This document shows, one piece after another, positions 25,466 through 39,054 of a stretch of 64,000 nucleotides of DNA. Both the position numbers and the translations under genes were made by a program. This stretch comes from Lama glama (lineage: Eukaryota): NCBI GenBank assembly GCA_028534125.1, contig CM052817.1, positions 11,286,001-11,350,000 of the forward strand, given 5' to 3'. Position 1 is the first letter of the stretch. Each line of letters opens with the position of its first letter. Below the pieces are notes generated by a model. That model made no database searches. It was given only the letters and a program-made list of their open reading frames with translations, and was not told where the DNA came from.

Positions 25466-28400
25466 CTTATTACAAGATCTTTCTTTGTAGGGGCTTTTAG
25501 CACTTTGCTTATCATCTGTATTACAAATATTTCCCCCAGTTAGTCATTTATTTTAGCTTTCTTATGCTCTACAAATATTTTGAATCCACTGATCTTTTCT
25601 CTTACACTTTCTGGCTTTTGCATCATGTTCTTAGAATCTAGGCCTTCCCCGTCCAAGATTAGTTTCTCCTAGCACTTTTATGGTTTTATTTTTCTAAATG
25701 TTTACGTTTTTGAACTAGCTGGGATTCATGTTGATATATGCAGTGAGGTTGGAATCCAAGCTTATGTTTTTCCAGATGGCTAAGCAGTTGCCCCAACAGG
25801 TATTGAATAATTCATCTTTACCACACTGATCATCCAAATGCTGCCTTAGGTGATTTCTTCAGTAGAAATTTACTAAGGTAATCTTTTATCCTTTGCTTTG
25901 GAATTTTCTTTCCTAATCAGTCAAGTTGCATGGGCAACTCTATTGTTACTGTTATTACTAAGATACTTCTACTATTCATCTAAAAACAAGGTCACACTCT
26001 TGACTATTTCACTTAACTCCTTTGCCTTATTCCTCCTGATCTTTCAGACTAGCTTGCATGTGCCTAAAATATGCTCTCATGGCTCTGCATTTCGGTGCAG
26101 CACCTATGTCATAATTCATTTTTAAAACTAAAGTTTTATGTCAAATATCCCTTTTTGAGCTGAAGAATGCAAGAAATGAACACACAGCTTAAGCTGGCAC
26201 CAAGCTTTTATTGTAACCCTAACATATATTACCCAGTACGAGGGTTTCGTTACAGGTAGCCTAGTAATGGGTTTTCCATCTCATCTCCATAGGAGGAAAA
26301 TAAAACCAAAAACCCCCAAATGGCAACATTAGCACTGAGATTACAGTATATCAACACCACACTGTGGAACATGACATTTTCGAATAAAATGTTTTGTGGC
26401 AAAATTTTAGCCAGATTATATTAAATATTAATATGATCACCATGAGCCCCACGGGTTGTTCTGGAAACAGCTTGTGGGCAGTATGAGTCTAGGAACTTTA
26501 CCACTGGTAGTCATATTTTTCAACGTCATTCCTTAAAATCCTGTTAGTGGCAACAGAGGTGTGAAACATAGGGCTAAAAAAGAGTATATGGGCTAAGAGC
26601 AGGTAATGGCCAAGCAGTCTTTACCCGAAACATTGAACAGCCAATTTGCAAAGTACATTTCACTTTGCCTTAAACAGGAAGAAAATGAAGTTGGCAGCTC
26701 AATACTATTGCCTTTCTGACTTTTTCTAGAGTTCAAAGGTAACTAAACAATAGAACACTCTAACACTGGAAAAAGGAATGGAACTGAAGCTTTTAAATTC
26801 TCTTTATTACACAGCAGTAGAATGCTCTCTACAAAATGGAAACCAAATTTTTTTTTAACTGAATTAAGTACTGGTAATAGGGATGGCCCATGTTTGAATA
26901 TTTCAACCTAGCCATGCTGTTTCTCAATTTCCCTTTCTGGAATTGACCACTGCTCTTTAGATTATCTATCGTGTCTCTGCCGTACAAATCCAAGTTATCA
27001 TCTAGACTATTGACATGGATTTAGAACTTCTCAAATTTTGGTAAATATAAAAATTATCATGACCTTGATAAAAATGAGTATTTCTGACTCCCCACATCAG
27101 AAGTTTTGACTTAGTAGTAGATCTGAGTAAGGCATTTTAAACGATCACTTCAGTGATGCTGTTTTGGGTGGTACCAGACCTTATTTTCAGAATTGTCTTA
27201 TTTTCCCAAATAAGCCCTGTCAGTTCCCTGTATGCCATCTTGCTTTATGTCCTCCTCATCCTCTCTCCTATTCAAATCCTATTAGCCTTCAAGTCTCAGC
27301 TCAAATCGCACTTCAGAGGGAGCCCTGACCTGACAGCTCCTGTCAGAAATGCTCTCTGAGCTCCCATGGAGACAGCAGACATCTCCAAATTTTGATTCAG
27401 CAACCAACTAAGATCCTCTAGGACCATGTAGTCATCTGCATCCAGCCAGCAAAAGGGGAAAAAGAGTACAGAGAAGGTATATCCACTTCTAAAATACCTT
27501 GGGGCCTGGAATTGACACACCAACTCTGTTGCCATTCTATTGGCAAGAGGTGATTATAGGCAAGAACTGATTAAGGTATAAGGGGGTCTGGGAAATATAA
27601 TTCCTGGCTGAGTGACAATTTCTCCTAAGAACTCTGCAGTATGAAAAGGGGAGCACACAATATGATAGATATAGAATTATCTACTGCAAATAATTCACAT
27701 TTATTGTAAATATCTGAATATTCACTTTCTCATACAGGTAGACATTTGACATATAAACTGGAGTAAAAAATCATAGTTAAATGTAAGCTCCATGAAGGCA
27801 GAAATTTGTCCATTATGTTGACTGCTGAAGTCCTAGTGCTTAGAATAGTACTTGGCACCCTGTAAGTGCTCAGTAAATAGTTGCTGAATGACCAACTGAA
27901 CGAATGTACTTTATGCACTGAAAGTCTATTAATCAGCCAAAATATGGATGTGCATGTATTAAAAAAGTAAAGTATTGCAAGTAATTGATTTGAAAGCTAT
28001 TCATTTTATGTACAAAAACAGATATTGAGAACTTTCTGGCAGTTGAATAATAGGGAATTACCTAAATATAAATATTAGACTGGATGATGTCTAGAAGAAT
28101 ACCTTAAATGTGTAAAACATATAAAAACATTCAAATAGCATTATATGGCAGAATAATAGATTGAATTATTTATAATTCCAATAGTTGTAGAATTGGTACA
28201 CTAACATTCAAAATTTTAAGCAAAGAACCGTTATTCGATTTTTAGTTATTTTATACCATTTAGATAATTAATTTTCAAGAAAAAGTCCAATCTGGGAATT
28301 CTTCAGTCTCTTGAGGATAATGGAAAAACAATGTCAACTCGCCTATGTCGAATTTTATGTAAAGGACAAACTCCATAGATTATAAACCATATCTATGATA

Positions 28401-28499
28401 AATGACCTTTAACCTGAATAAAATAAATATAAAGAATATGAAGTAAAGGAAGATGTACTAGAGAAAAGTGAGATACCTAAAATATTGTACAAAATTAAT

Positions 28500-29590
28500 T
28501 GAGATGGAGTCGACTTCAAAGTGAAAGCTAAAACAATAAGGCTTCTTTAAAAAACAACATAGAAGAATGTCTTCATAACATTCAGGTTGGCAAAGATTTG
28601 TTAAAGCACTAGCCATAGTGAAGAAAAAAAACCTGATATCTGGATTTCATAAAAATGTAAACTTCTACTCATAATATACCATTAAGAAAGTAAAAGGACA
28701 AGGCATAGACTGGCATAAGATATTTATGACACACATATATACCTGATAAACAACCTTGCATACAAAGTATATAGAGAACAAAGTATACAGAAAACAAATC
28801 AATAAGAAAAAGATAGTATAATTTATAAGTGGGCAAAGGACTTGAATAACTACTTTTAAAAGAAGTATCTGAATGGCCAATAAGCATATGAAAAGGTTTC
28901 CAGTGCAAATCATGGAAATATAAATTAAAGCCACAACGAGATACTACTGTACCATATCAGCATAGGTAAAATTAGGGACTGACAACAGGAAATGTTAGTA
29001 AAGATGTGGAACCACTGGAACTTTCGTACATTGGTAGTGGGAACGTAAAGTGATACAATCACTTTGGAAGTGCTTGGTAGCTTTACTAAAAGTAAATATA
29101 CACCTATCCTATGACACAGCAGTTTGACTCCTAGGTGTGTACCCAAGAGGAATGGGAGCACACACTCACAAAAACACAGAAGAATATTTAGTGCAGCTTT
29201 ATTTGTAATAGCCACAAATCAGAAAGAACTAAAATGTTATCTAACAGGTAAATGGATAAATGAGAATTATGGCATATTTTTACAATGGAATAATCTACAG
29301 CAGTTACAAAAAAACGAACCATGGATACATACAAACACCTGGACGAATCACAGGTATTATGTTGATGAAAGAAGCCAAGCACAAAACAATACAAGCAAGA
29401 CTAATTGATCTTCAGAAGGGAAGAGTGGTTATTTTGGGGGGAGGTATAAACAGGGGAAGGGCACTAGGGAATCTGGAATTTTTTTGTACTTTAATTTGAG
29501 TCTATACAATTAAATATGTGAGTATATGTTATGTGAAAAATCAAATACACTTGTGATTGTTGCATTTTATGTATTGTACTGTAGGTATAT
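28500..29590 (+). mobile_element. Old L1 ORF2 end and 3' UTR
   Basis: gggcaaaggacttgaata..atggccaataagcatatgaaaagg..aaattaaagccacaacgagatac..gcagctttatttgtaatagcc. Confidence 0.8.
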
Positions 29591-30539
29591 TTTCCATGCT
29601 CAAAAAAAAAAGCAGATGGACAAGTTGGCCTGGGATGGTTTACTCAATAGATCTGATGATAGAGAAAAGACACATCATCGCACAGAATCATATACAATTA
29701 GATCAAAATTTATTCTTAGGTTATATAATATTTATAGAAACAGAGTACAGGAAGAAACCTCAATCATAACACATAGGAAAAAAAATCTAAAGTGTTGTAT
29801 GGGAATATATTATGGCCCTGGCACTGGTCACTGGTCACTGGATACAACTATATCTTGATAGCAAAAACAGCTTGCAAGATGAAAAACAATATGAAATTTC
29901 AAAGTATTATTTCTAAAGAAATAAATAATTCCTTATGTTTTTGAGTCTACAGAGGCTAAAATTTAAATGAAAAGCTTATTGAAATTACTGCTATAGATTA
30001 TGCAACATTTCTTTTAAATAAAAAAATTTTGAGATTTGCCTAAGCAAAGGACAAAGTTCCATTTACAAAACAAATTACTGAAAACTGTTGTTTCTGAAAA
30101 AATCTTCTGCAGTGCACATCTCATTGAAGGTGAGCATCTATTGAAACTGGAGTATGATGCCTGAAGGAGTACTCTAATTGCTGACAATCCTACAATTTTC
30201 CTACAGTTTTAATGTCAAACTTCTAAAATCTGACTACCAAAATTGTAATAAAATGATTACATTTTAAGAAATAAAATCTCAGATTTTTTTTTTGTGTGTG
30301 TGACACAGTGACACTCATCCAAAAAGATGTATTTGGGGTACTTCTAATTGCTTCATTTTATCATTAATCTAGTTACTCTTGTACTTATTTTCTTATTTTT
30401 TTCTCTTATCCCAATCTCTGTTGCACTTCTTTCTACACTTCCTATGTACTTAAACACTTTGTTCCAAGTTTCCTAGAAATACTTCCTGAAACCCCCGCTC
30501 TACTTACTTACCACAGTAGTCATCCTGGGACCTTCCTTC

Positions 30540-31450
30540 ATTGCATTCCTTTGTGAGATCTTATATTTTCAGGGTCCCATGCCTTCTTACTTAGATTACT
30601 CCTTTGTTTTGGTGAAGTACATCTTCCAGTAGCCTCCTAAGAAAGGGTACATGGTAAGACAAAATTTTGAGACTGTGCCAGTCTAACCTTTATTTTAGCC
30701 CCATACTTCACTGGATTGTCTATGATTCTGGATGGAACACAAGATTGGAAATAATTTTTCCTCTTAGATTTGAAGGCCTTGCTTTAATAGTCTTCTAGCA
30801 TCTTCTCGTGTTGCTACCGAGGAGTCAAAATGCCATTCTGAAAACATCCTTTTACATAACCCTTGTTTTCCCACCGTGGAAACTTTTAGATCTTCTTTAA
30901 CTCTGGCATCCTGAAATACCATCATATGCCTTTGTGGGTTTTTGTTTGTTTTTTAAAATTCATTGCCCTGGGCACTCGGTGGATCCTTTTAATTTAGGAG
31001 ACTCATGTCCTACATTCTGGGGAGATGTTCTTTAATTTTTCCTCTTCACCTCCTTTCTCTGTTCTCTCATTTTAGAGATCTTATTAATCAGATATTGCAT
31101 CCCATTCTGATCTTTTACTTTTCTTTTTTGTTCTTTGCTGTTTTTCATCTCTGCTTTTTTGTTCTATTTTCTACACTTTCTTCAACTTAAATTTCAACAC
31201 ATCTATTTCATATTTAATTCTGGTTCTCCTATTTTTCCAATACTCTTATTCTTTTATAGCATTTTTTTCTTAATTCATGGATGCAATGTATTTCCTTTTT
31301 TTCTGAGAATATTATAGCATCCCTGGGAGTTTTATGTTCTCCACCTTATTTTCAGTTTTTTTCCAGGTACTTGTAATTGTTTCAGTCTTCACCTTTCATT
31401 GTTGAAGGTATTTTTGAATGTCTAGTGACCCTTGGTTATCAGCTCAAGGG
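30540..31450 (-). mobile_element. Ancient L1/HAL1 ORF1-like fragment
   Basis: T-rich antisense L1-type composition and motifs (catcttccagtagcctcctaagaaagggtacatgg). Family uncertain. Confidence 0.45.
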
Positions 31451-32414
31451 ACTGAAAGCCATGTTTGAATGAGCACGGCTTGTGGATTCTGGGTTTCATT
31501 GCAACAAATGACCAAGTGGCAAGCTGTTTTTGAAATTGTTCATCTTTCTAGATGGGCTGGGCAGGGCTAGGGATATGCTTAGCTGCCAGATTCTATAGCA
31601 AGATGGTGAAAGGGGACTGAAGACCCATAATGTTCAGAATACTCTGAGTCATCCTGCTTTCAGTATAGCACCTCACTTACTAGCATCACTCTCCCCCAGG
31701 TCCCAGTTCTAATCTGTTTGGTTCAATTTCTCCAGCAAATAAGCCTCCATTCTTCTCTAGAAAAAGGAAGGGAAAGCTGCCTGGCTACAAAGGGAGAGCA
31801 AAAATAAACTTTAAAATAATCCCCTTGTTCTCAGCTTTAGTCCTTAACCCCACCTTCCAGGATATCTTGTGCCTCCAAATCCTTGAGTCTTTGGTGCGGA
31901 ATGGTTCTGGAAGGAAAAGACAGGTGTTCCAAATTTGTGGATCTTTTCTGTGATGAAGAATGGCTGTGAGAACTGTGCCACTTGTCAAGCATTAAAAAAA
32001 TAAAAATTAAAAAAAGTAATGCACTTAATCCTTTCCTTCATGGTAAAAGAGAATGAGAAAGTAACTGCTTAAAATACACACAGACAAAAAACAATAAACA
32101 ACCCTCAAATTACCTATCACTGAGACATCATTTTTAAAATCTGTACGTCTGGAAATGTTTTAATGGATGGCTATGTGACGATTTTAACCAAAGACAGAGT
32201 CTCTTCTATAAAAACTCTCATATCTGCAATTGCGATTCCTCTTTCATCTCTTAGTAACAGTTCTAATCTCGGCTCAACTCTGCGTTACCCTCCTTCTCCC
32301 CACATCAAGTACTTGCAGGTAAGAAAACAACACATAAGGGAAAGAACCAGACTGTTCCCTGGGAACAACCACGTGACTACAGTCCAATCTTAACCAATGT
32401 TACTAACACATTTA

Positions 32415-32566
32415 CAGGGTTGCCAGATAAAATATGAGATGTCAGATAAGTTTGAATTTCAGGTAATTTTTTTTTAGTGTAAGTATGGCCCATATTTCAT
32501 TGCTTATTTGAAACTCAAATTTATTTGGGCATCCTGTATTTTTATTTGCTAAATCTGGCAATCCAA
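32415..32566. mobile_element. MER53-like palindromic hAT MITE
   Basis: TIRs cagggttgccagat and atctggcaatccaa. Perfect 8-bp TSD cacattta (32407-32414, 32567-32574). Confidence 0.85.
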
Positions 32567-33199
32567 CACATTTAAAAAAATAATGTACCATAAGTAGAAA
32601 GTGACCAACATAAGAAAGCTGGGTTTAAAGGAAACTGGCATCTGGAGCAAAGCTAGTCAAGCCACCAGGAAAATCTATATTACTACCAGGCAGGTAGCCA
32701 GGGGCAACCCCATGTATACTCACTTTGCAATACAGAATGCCTTGGCTGTGCCTAACACTAATGCTTTCTACTAATACAGGAACTCTCTACATAGAGTGGT
32801 TGGCCCTTTAATTGTGTCACCAGAGTTCTGCCACTCTATCAAGCCATTTTGGTTGCTCAGGGTATAATCATGAAGCCAACTAGGGTCTTTGTTGATGGAA
32901 GATGGTCACACCCTTGGACTATTCCAATTATTTGCATATCTCCCAAATGAAGTTGTCCCTACCAGACCACTGCCTAGTTAATATGTATTGGATATATTGA
33001 AGTGTCAGGTCTCATAGGCTGACACCATGGATGGAAGGGTAGCATTAAGCACGGGTTTAGCAGTTAACCCAAACATAATAGTTTTCCCCAAATAAAATAT
33101 TACCAGCCCCTTAATTTATAAGCTGCAATATTCATTATAAGACTGTTTCATCTGGCTTCTGTTGGCATCAATTTCTGTGCATACTAGGAGCAGATTTTT

Positions 33200-33266
33200 T
33201 AAAATTTGAAATATACTTGATTTACAATGCTGTGTTATTTTCAGGTGTACAGCAAAGTGATTCAGT

Positions 33267-33309
<43 letters not shown>

Positions 33310-33445
33310 ACACTCTTTTTTAGATTCTTTTCCATTATGGGTTATTACAAGATACTGCGTATAGTTCCCTGTACTATACAGTAGGTCTTCATTGGTTATA
33401 TATTTTATATATGGTAGTATGTACATGTTAATCCCAAATTCCTAA
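33200..33445 (-). mobile_element. L1 3'-end fragment with an internal (CA)n expansion (about 33270-33312)
   Basis: ttgatttacaatgctgtgttattttcaggtgtacagcaaagtgattcagttata(CA)n..ggttattacaagatactgcgtatagttccctgt. Confidence 0.85.
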
Positions 33446-35921
33446 ATTTTAATCTTGTTAGGCTGACCAGGATCTGGTCTCCTAGATGAATACTGGTTAT
33501 ATCCTACTCCAGGGAATAGAGCATAACTTTCTAAATGATTTCAGGAATTTTCATGTCATGTATCAGGGTCATCTATTTCTTCCCAAGTTAACTGCCCAAA
33601 TTCCAGTCAACTTACTGTTTTATGTTCCAGTCCTAAACTGTGGCTAACATTTTAAGCTGACTCCATAGAGTAGAACAACTCCAGCACTGACTGCTACATT
33701 GTTATCTTAAATCATTTTTAAATCAAGTCTTCTTTTTCCATACCTTACTGAGAAGAGCCAGTCATAGTTCTTATAGCTAAGAGAAGCTGGCAGCCAGCAA
33801 GTGTCAGAAACCCTCACCCTTTTCTTACTCTCATTTCCAAAAATTTTACAGTACATAATCCTACTGCTGCCACCAGTAGGAGCTGAAAAGACAGTATACA
33901 ATGATCAGACTCAAACGTCTAGCCATAAACTAAACTCTGATCAACATTGGCAAAGATACATCATAGATTTTCCTTTTAATAAAAGCAAGTAGACACAGAA
34001 GAAATACCTGGTGGTTGGTGTCAGGTAGTGTAGCTCCTTCAATTTCCCTGAATCCAATGGACACTGCTAATTGGTAGACTTACATGCCAGGAGCTTGTAC
34101 AAAATTGTCTCATGAAGTCTGAGAAGCCATCCAGATTTTTCAGACTTTTATATATATCCCAGTCATATGAACAAAACACTTCTGGCCCTGATCTTTGTGT
34201 ACCATTTAGTATATACAATTTAAATCTGTGCATAAAATACTAATTTTATGCATTCCCTTAGCTAATTACCTCTTGTGGGGTTTAATTGTTGGAATGTGCT
34301 CTCCATGTGAATTTCCACTACACTTGGATGGCTGCCTCATTTTCAAACATGTAAGGGCCAATATAAAGAGTAAGCTTATTTACTGTGACCCTAGTTCAGA
34401 AATGGCACCAATGGCCAAAAGCATTGGGGGTAATTCATGTTGATTCAATGAATTTTAAAACTAATTTCTTACATAGGGTATCTTATTTAATTTTGCACTC
34501 CCACTGTCTGGATTATAGTAGGCACTCCATAATGCTATTAGACGGATCACTGAATTTCTATTTAAAATTAATGGGCTGCTCCAAAAGACACTGAGTTCTC
34601 TAACAATGGAGCCAAAAGTAGAAAATCATTTATTAGAGATGCAGAGAATTTATATTATCAGTAAGAAAACAATCCAAATGACTTCTAAACTCCTAGCTGC
34701 TTTAACAATCTACTGTAATAACAAACACTGCTTCCAAAAGAGAAAAATTTTTAGATGGATACTTGTGATAGGAGCCCCAGCAAGATAATTCCCTAAAGGT
34801 GACCTAACATCGGCCCTCCTCCTGCCATGTCCAGATTTTTTTCCTTCTCTTAGAAAGCTGATGGGCTTAAAAAAACATGATTATGGTCTTCTGGGCTCAA
34901 GGTATCTGGACTGCTTCAACAAAAAGAGGCTGCCTATTTGCACCGAGAGAATAATACCTTTAAGTATAACACTGATGTCCACTGGTTTAGAAATCTTGTT
35001 TCCTTACTCTTTTGATAAGTATTTCAATAAATAGAGAATAAACTCATCCTTCTTTATCCTACCTATGGTGACTGCATTTAAACAAAGGCTCACATAGGCC
35101 AGGTGTGAAAGTGGTAAATTTACCCCTAGCCACACACCCATGGCACACAAAAAGCAGCAAAGGGTTAAGGCTTATTCAGGTACCTATCACTTTGTGTAAC
35201 CTGGAATTACTTAACATACACAAACATGGGTTCAAATCTGGATCTTGACTGAACATCTGACACTTTCTTTTTCAAGTATGTTTCTTTTCTAGAGCTGCCA
35301 AGTCACCGCCTATCAGAAGCACTGTTTATCTATGGGCTCTATGCAGCACTTAGTGAATGCTGAATATGCCTTAAGCAAAGCAGAATCTATTTCATTTGTT
35401 AAGAACAAATGACCATACTCTGTTTAGCATGTACAAAGCTGTTGGTTTATTCAGCTGGGAAGCTGGGGAAAGTCTTCCTCTTGGAGTGAACAGAAAAAAT
35501 GTGTTCATGAGCAAGGCACTTTGACACACACACACACATACACACACAGAGAAAAAGGAACATATTATGGCTACATAAACATCAACATATTTTAATTTTC
35601 AGATCTCCCTAACTCTTCCCACCTCCCCCTTAAAAAAAAGAAACAGAGTTTTGTAACATTTTAGAAACCAATGTCATAGAACATATACATAGGAACAGCT
35701 TCTGATACATTCAGTTACACTAACATTATATGGTTTCAGTTCAGTTATTTTCCATTAACAAATATTTTTTCTACCTACTACAATTCCCTCCTTTTTCCTT
35801 AAGACAACTAAGGCTCAGCAGAAATTAATCATTAGGTTATAAACATTCTTCTCTCTCCTTGAAGTTGCTATACATGTATAGAATTTGTGATTCCATTAAT
35901 GCTTCAACTTTTTGATGCCAC

Positions 35922-36099
35922 ATTGTATACAGCACTTAATTATGGAGAACAGGAGAAAGCAAAACTAAAATAAGGAAGGGGATATATGATATATCTTTAA
36001 CAATCTATTTATTGTATACAGCACTTAATTATGGAGAACAGGAGAAAGCAAAACTAAAATAAGGAAGGGGATATATGATATATCTTTAACAATCTATTT
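35922..36099. repeat. Perfect 89-bp tandem duplication (2 copies)
   Basis: 35922-36010 and 36011-36099 are identical by direct comparison (attgtatacagcac...caatctattt). Confidence 0.97.
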
Positions 36100-37322
36100 T
36101 ATGATTCCCTTTAGACGTCCAGTCAACTAGGATCACACACAGGTTTCACTCTTTATAGCAGGTGAGTGAAAAGACTGGTCTCATGCATTGTATGTATGTT
36201 GATTTCTATGTTTTGATTCATCTAAATAAACACAGCAAGACTCATTTACAAGGTTACATACACTTTCTATTCAGCCAGAAAAAAAAAAAGCTAGATATAG
36301 AAAAGCAATGATGCTAAAAAAACTCTTTAACTTCAGATTGTATTAGGCTGAGATTTCTGCAGTAAGGTTCTTTAAAGTTAGAAGGGTTCCTGAAGTTTGC
36401 AACAGATACGGAAAGTGCATAAAGTACTGCTCCAGGAAACATCATACAGATTAAATGCTTTAATCCACTAACAGTTAATACTGAAAGCATAAATGCTCTT
36501 AATCCTTTCCCATTGGTCTTTTGGTATGTGTTTTATTTGCTCTTGACTAAAGTCTGGGTGCCAACAAGCAGGAAATATATTCCCTACAAAGCAGGTGCCT
36601 GTTTAATCCGCAGGTATGATCTTATAAACCAGTTTAGCTAGAGCCTATGACATAAAATGTTCATGCTGTAATTGCAGGCACCGTAACAGGCCTGGGGCAG
36701 TGCAGGCTACTGCCACAGCACCGCACTCCCTCACAAAGTTGGAATCCCTAGGGGGCGCCATACGTAGGCCTCTCAGTATAAAAGCTGGGAGACAAATCCA
36801 TATTCCCACCATTGTCTTTTGTCTAGTTATTCAATTTAATTCAACTATCTCCCCAGAAATGAGTATCAGAGAAAAGTACTCTCAGAAGGGTGTCATTGGG
36901 AGTACCTAACTTCCCACTTCCACAATGGCTATTCTGAAGGTTGGGTAACAAAAAGTGTAGTGGCCTACTTTTCCTTCCCATTAATAATTAGGTGTCTAGT
37001 TAGTCCATTAGGCAGAGTAAACTGGGTTGAGAATTGTGTGGAGAATAGTCAACTTGTCTTTTGTAATAATGTCCCTCTTGACTATTTCTCTATGGAAGTC
37101 CTCATCTTATCCACAGGGTCTTTCAAACGGAATGCTCACAACGCACATTTTCTGTAGCTGAGTCACGAGACTCAGGTATATATTCAGTACTGGATCGTAC
37201 TTCAGCTTGCGGGACAGGGCACAGTTTGGTTGAGAAGACATTAGTTTCTCAACTGCAGGCTGTGTAACTGTATTCCTTTCTCAGGCAGCAACATGACAGA
37301 CATGAGAAGGAATGGTGGGTCT

Positions 37323-37973
37323 TTATAGTGATGCAGTCAGGAGTTTGTTAACTGCCTTTTGGAAGTCAGTGTAGGAGTAAGTAGTGTTGATGGGTTCAGT
37401 GCGGGTTGTTTCCTTAACTGTTTTAGTTAACCAGCCACAGCAGCAACCAGAGACACATGAGTTGGGAACTTGTTTTAGGTATTCAGGAATGGGAGTGGCT
37501 CTACTCAGTGTTCGGCTTAACTGTTTGGTGGCAAACTGCAGGGCTCCGTTTAGAGTGGCATGATCTCTAGAAAGCCGGCTGGGACTTGTAAGGGGCTTTT
37601 GAAAAGGCGGGACTCCACAAGAAGCCAGAGGAGGCCATTCAGGAATTGGTTCTAGTTTGGGTACGCAATGGGAGCAATGGGAGAGTCTTAGACCTATCTC
37701 TCGAAGTATGTGCACTGGTGTGCTGGCATCCAAGAGTTTAGCATGATATAACCAGGAATTAGGATTTAAAGGTTTCCAAGTTGTAGAATATTTTAAAAGG
37801 CACTTAACCTGCCAGGCAAGACTCTCAAGAGGTGTTAGGTTGGGCACCACAGGGTCCTCTTCTTCAGAGGAATCCCACTCTTCCCCAGAGCTCTCATTTA
37901 GGTAGTTAGCATTTTCTTCTTCCTCACTCTCTGATTCTGATAAGGGGTCAGGAGAGGGATTTCTAGGACCCAT
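37323..37973 (-). CDS. DCAF16: DDB1- and CUL4-associated factor 16 (216 aa, single coding exon)
   Basis: Intact ORF MGPRNPSPDPLSESESEEEEN...CVSGCCCGWL...YTDFQKAVNKLLTASL*. Recognised as DCAF16, with the expected position between FAM184B and NCAPG. ATG at 37973-37971. Confidence 0.97.
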   Translation of the reverse strand: MGPRNPSPDPLSESESEEEENANYLNESSGEEWDSSEEEDPVVPNLTPLESLAWQVKCLLKYSTTWKPLNPNSWLYHAKLLDASTPVHILREIGLRLSHCSHCVPKLEPIPEWPPLASCGVPPFQKPLTSPSRLSRDHATLNGALQFATKQLSRTLSRATPIPEYLKQVPNSCVSGCCCGWLTKTVKETTRTEPINTTYSYTDFQKAVNKLLTASL

Positions 37974-38595
37974 TAGAATAGAAAAAGAGTAAGAAAAAAA
38001 GGTACCAGAAAAAGGTAACAATCTAAGCCAGCACAACACTAACACTGGAAAATAGAAACAAAAGATGAGACATCCTTTCAATAAGATTCATTTGTCTGTT
38101 TCTCAGTCCATCACACACACACAGTATGCCTCTGGCTCACACCACTGTGCAGTTCTTCAAGATTATGTTGTTAATTCTTCACTTACAAAGAAGATATCTC
38201 AGTTCTCAGGACCAGTTCAGTGTGTAAAAGTTAGTCACTTACCAGTGGCACAGGTCAGAGTCTCTCCCTTCAAATCCTGGCTACCTAAGAGAAGGGGTCC
38301 TCTTCTAGGCAAGCTGATTTTCTTAGCGTGGTCTCAATTGGTTGCGATATTATGAAGAGACACTTTGTGTGCTCTGTTTTGTTGGCAGGGATATTATATC
38401 TAGTTGGTAATAGAAAGAAACTCAGTGGTCGCCTTCTTTGTCCGCTGGTGCAGCAACTTTTGTGCAGGGGGACGGTGGGATGAGTTGCCAAGGATCTGTC
38501 TGGTATGCACGGATCCGATGTTTTCCATAGGTGGTGCAAATGCCTTAGGAAACTGGTGACTTAGTTGTTGGACTATCTGGAAAGGTAGCCTTAAC
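37974..38595 (-). other. DCAF16: Predicted 5' UTR part of the DCAF16 terminal exon
   Basis: Minus-strand acceptor tcttctcattcacag|GTTAA with AG at 38597-38596. Inferred from splice consensus only. Confidence 0.6.
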
Positions 38596-38943
38596 CTGTG
38601 AATGAGAAGACTAGAGACATGATATTAAAGCCTGAATGCACTGGGTAACATTATTATCCATCTAACTTAATAAAGTATCCAAGGACACAGATACTAAACA
38701 AGAAGCCTTGTTGGCTTTCCCATCTGTAGCACATAGGCTCAGGCAGATTCTTCTACTGGGAATGGCTCCTACCAACACAACATTGGAAAAAGAGGGCGTG
38801 GGGCCACTTTAATCCTTTGCTGGTACATATCTGGGCCAGTTTGTTTTGGATTATGCAGTTCTAGCTTGGAAAATTACTCCCGCAAAAGCAGATCCCTTAT
38901 GCCCAAACTCCAAATAGGGAGCTATACAAGGTATATTCTTTAC

Positions 38944-39054
38944 CCTTAGATGTGCTTGCTGGGATTAGTTTTAGGGGACCTGTCCACGTTGTAAAGCTGC
39001 TAGATGTTAGGACTCTTGCTGGGAGCCCAGAGGCTATGGTCCTATGACCATACT
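38944..39054 (-). other. DCAF16: Predicted DCAF16 5' UTR exon (111 nt)
   Basis: Acceptor catcttctctcatatctgtag| (AG 39056-39055) and donor AGG|GTAAAG (GT 38943-38942). Confidence 0.6.

Noticed and set aside
32600..34800. Unique-looking sequence downstream of DCAF16 as a decayed gene or ERV interior
   Set aside because: I could not recognise any protein motif or long frame; a homology search would be needed.
37974..38081. Hydrophobic 36-aa N-terminal extension of DCAF16 in the ORF track
   Set aside because: It starts at TTG with an in-frame stop three codons upstream and no ATG. The hydrophobicity comes from T-rich sequence, and the known protein starts MGPRNPSPD.
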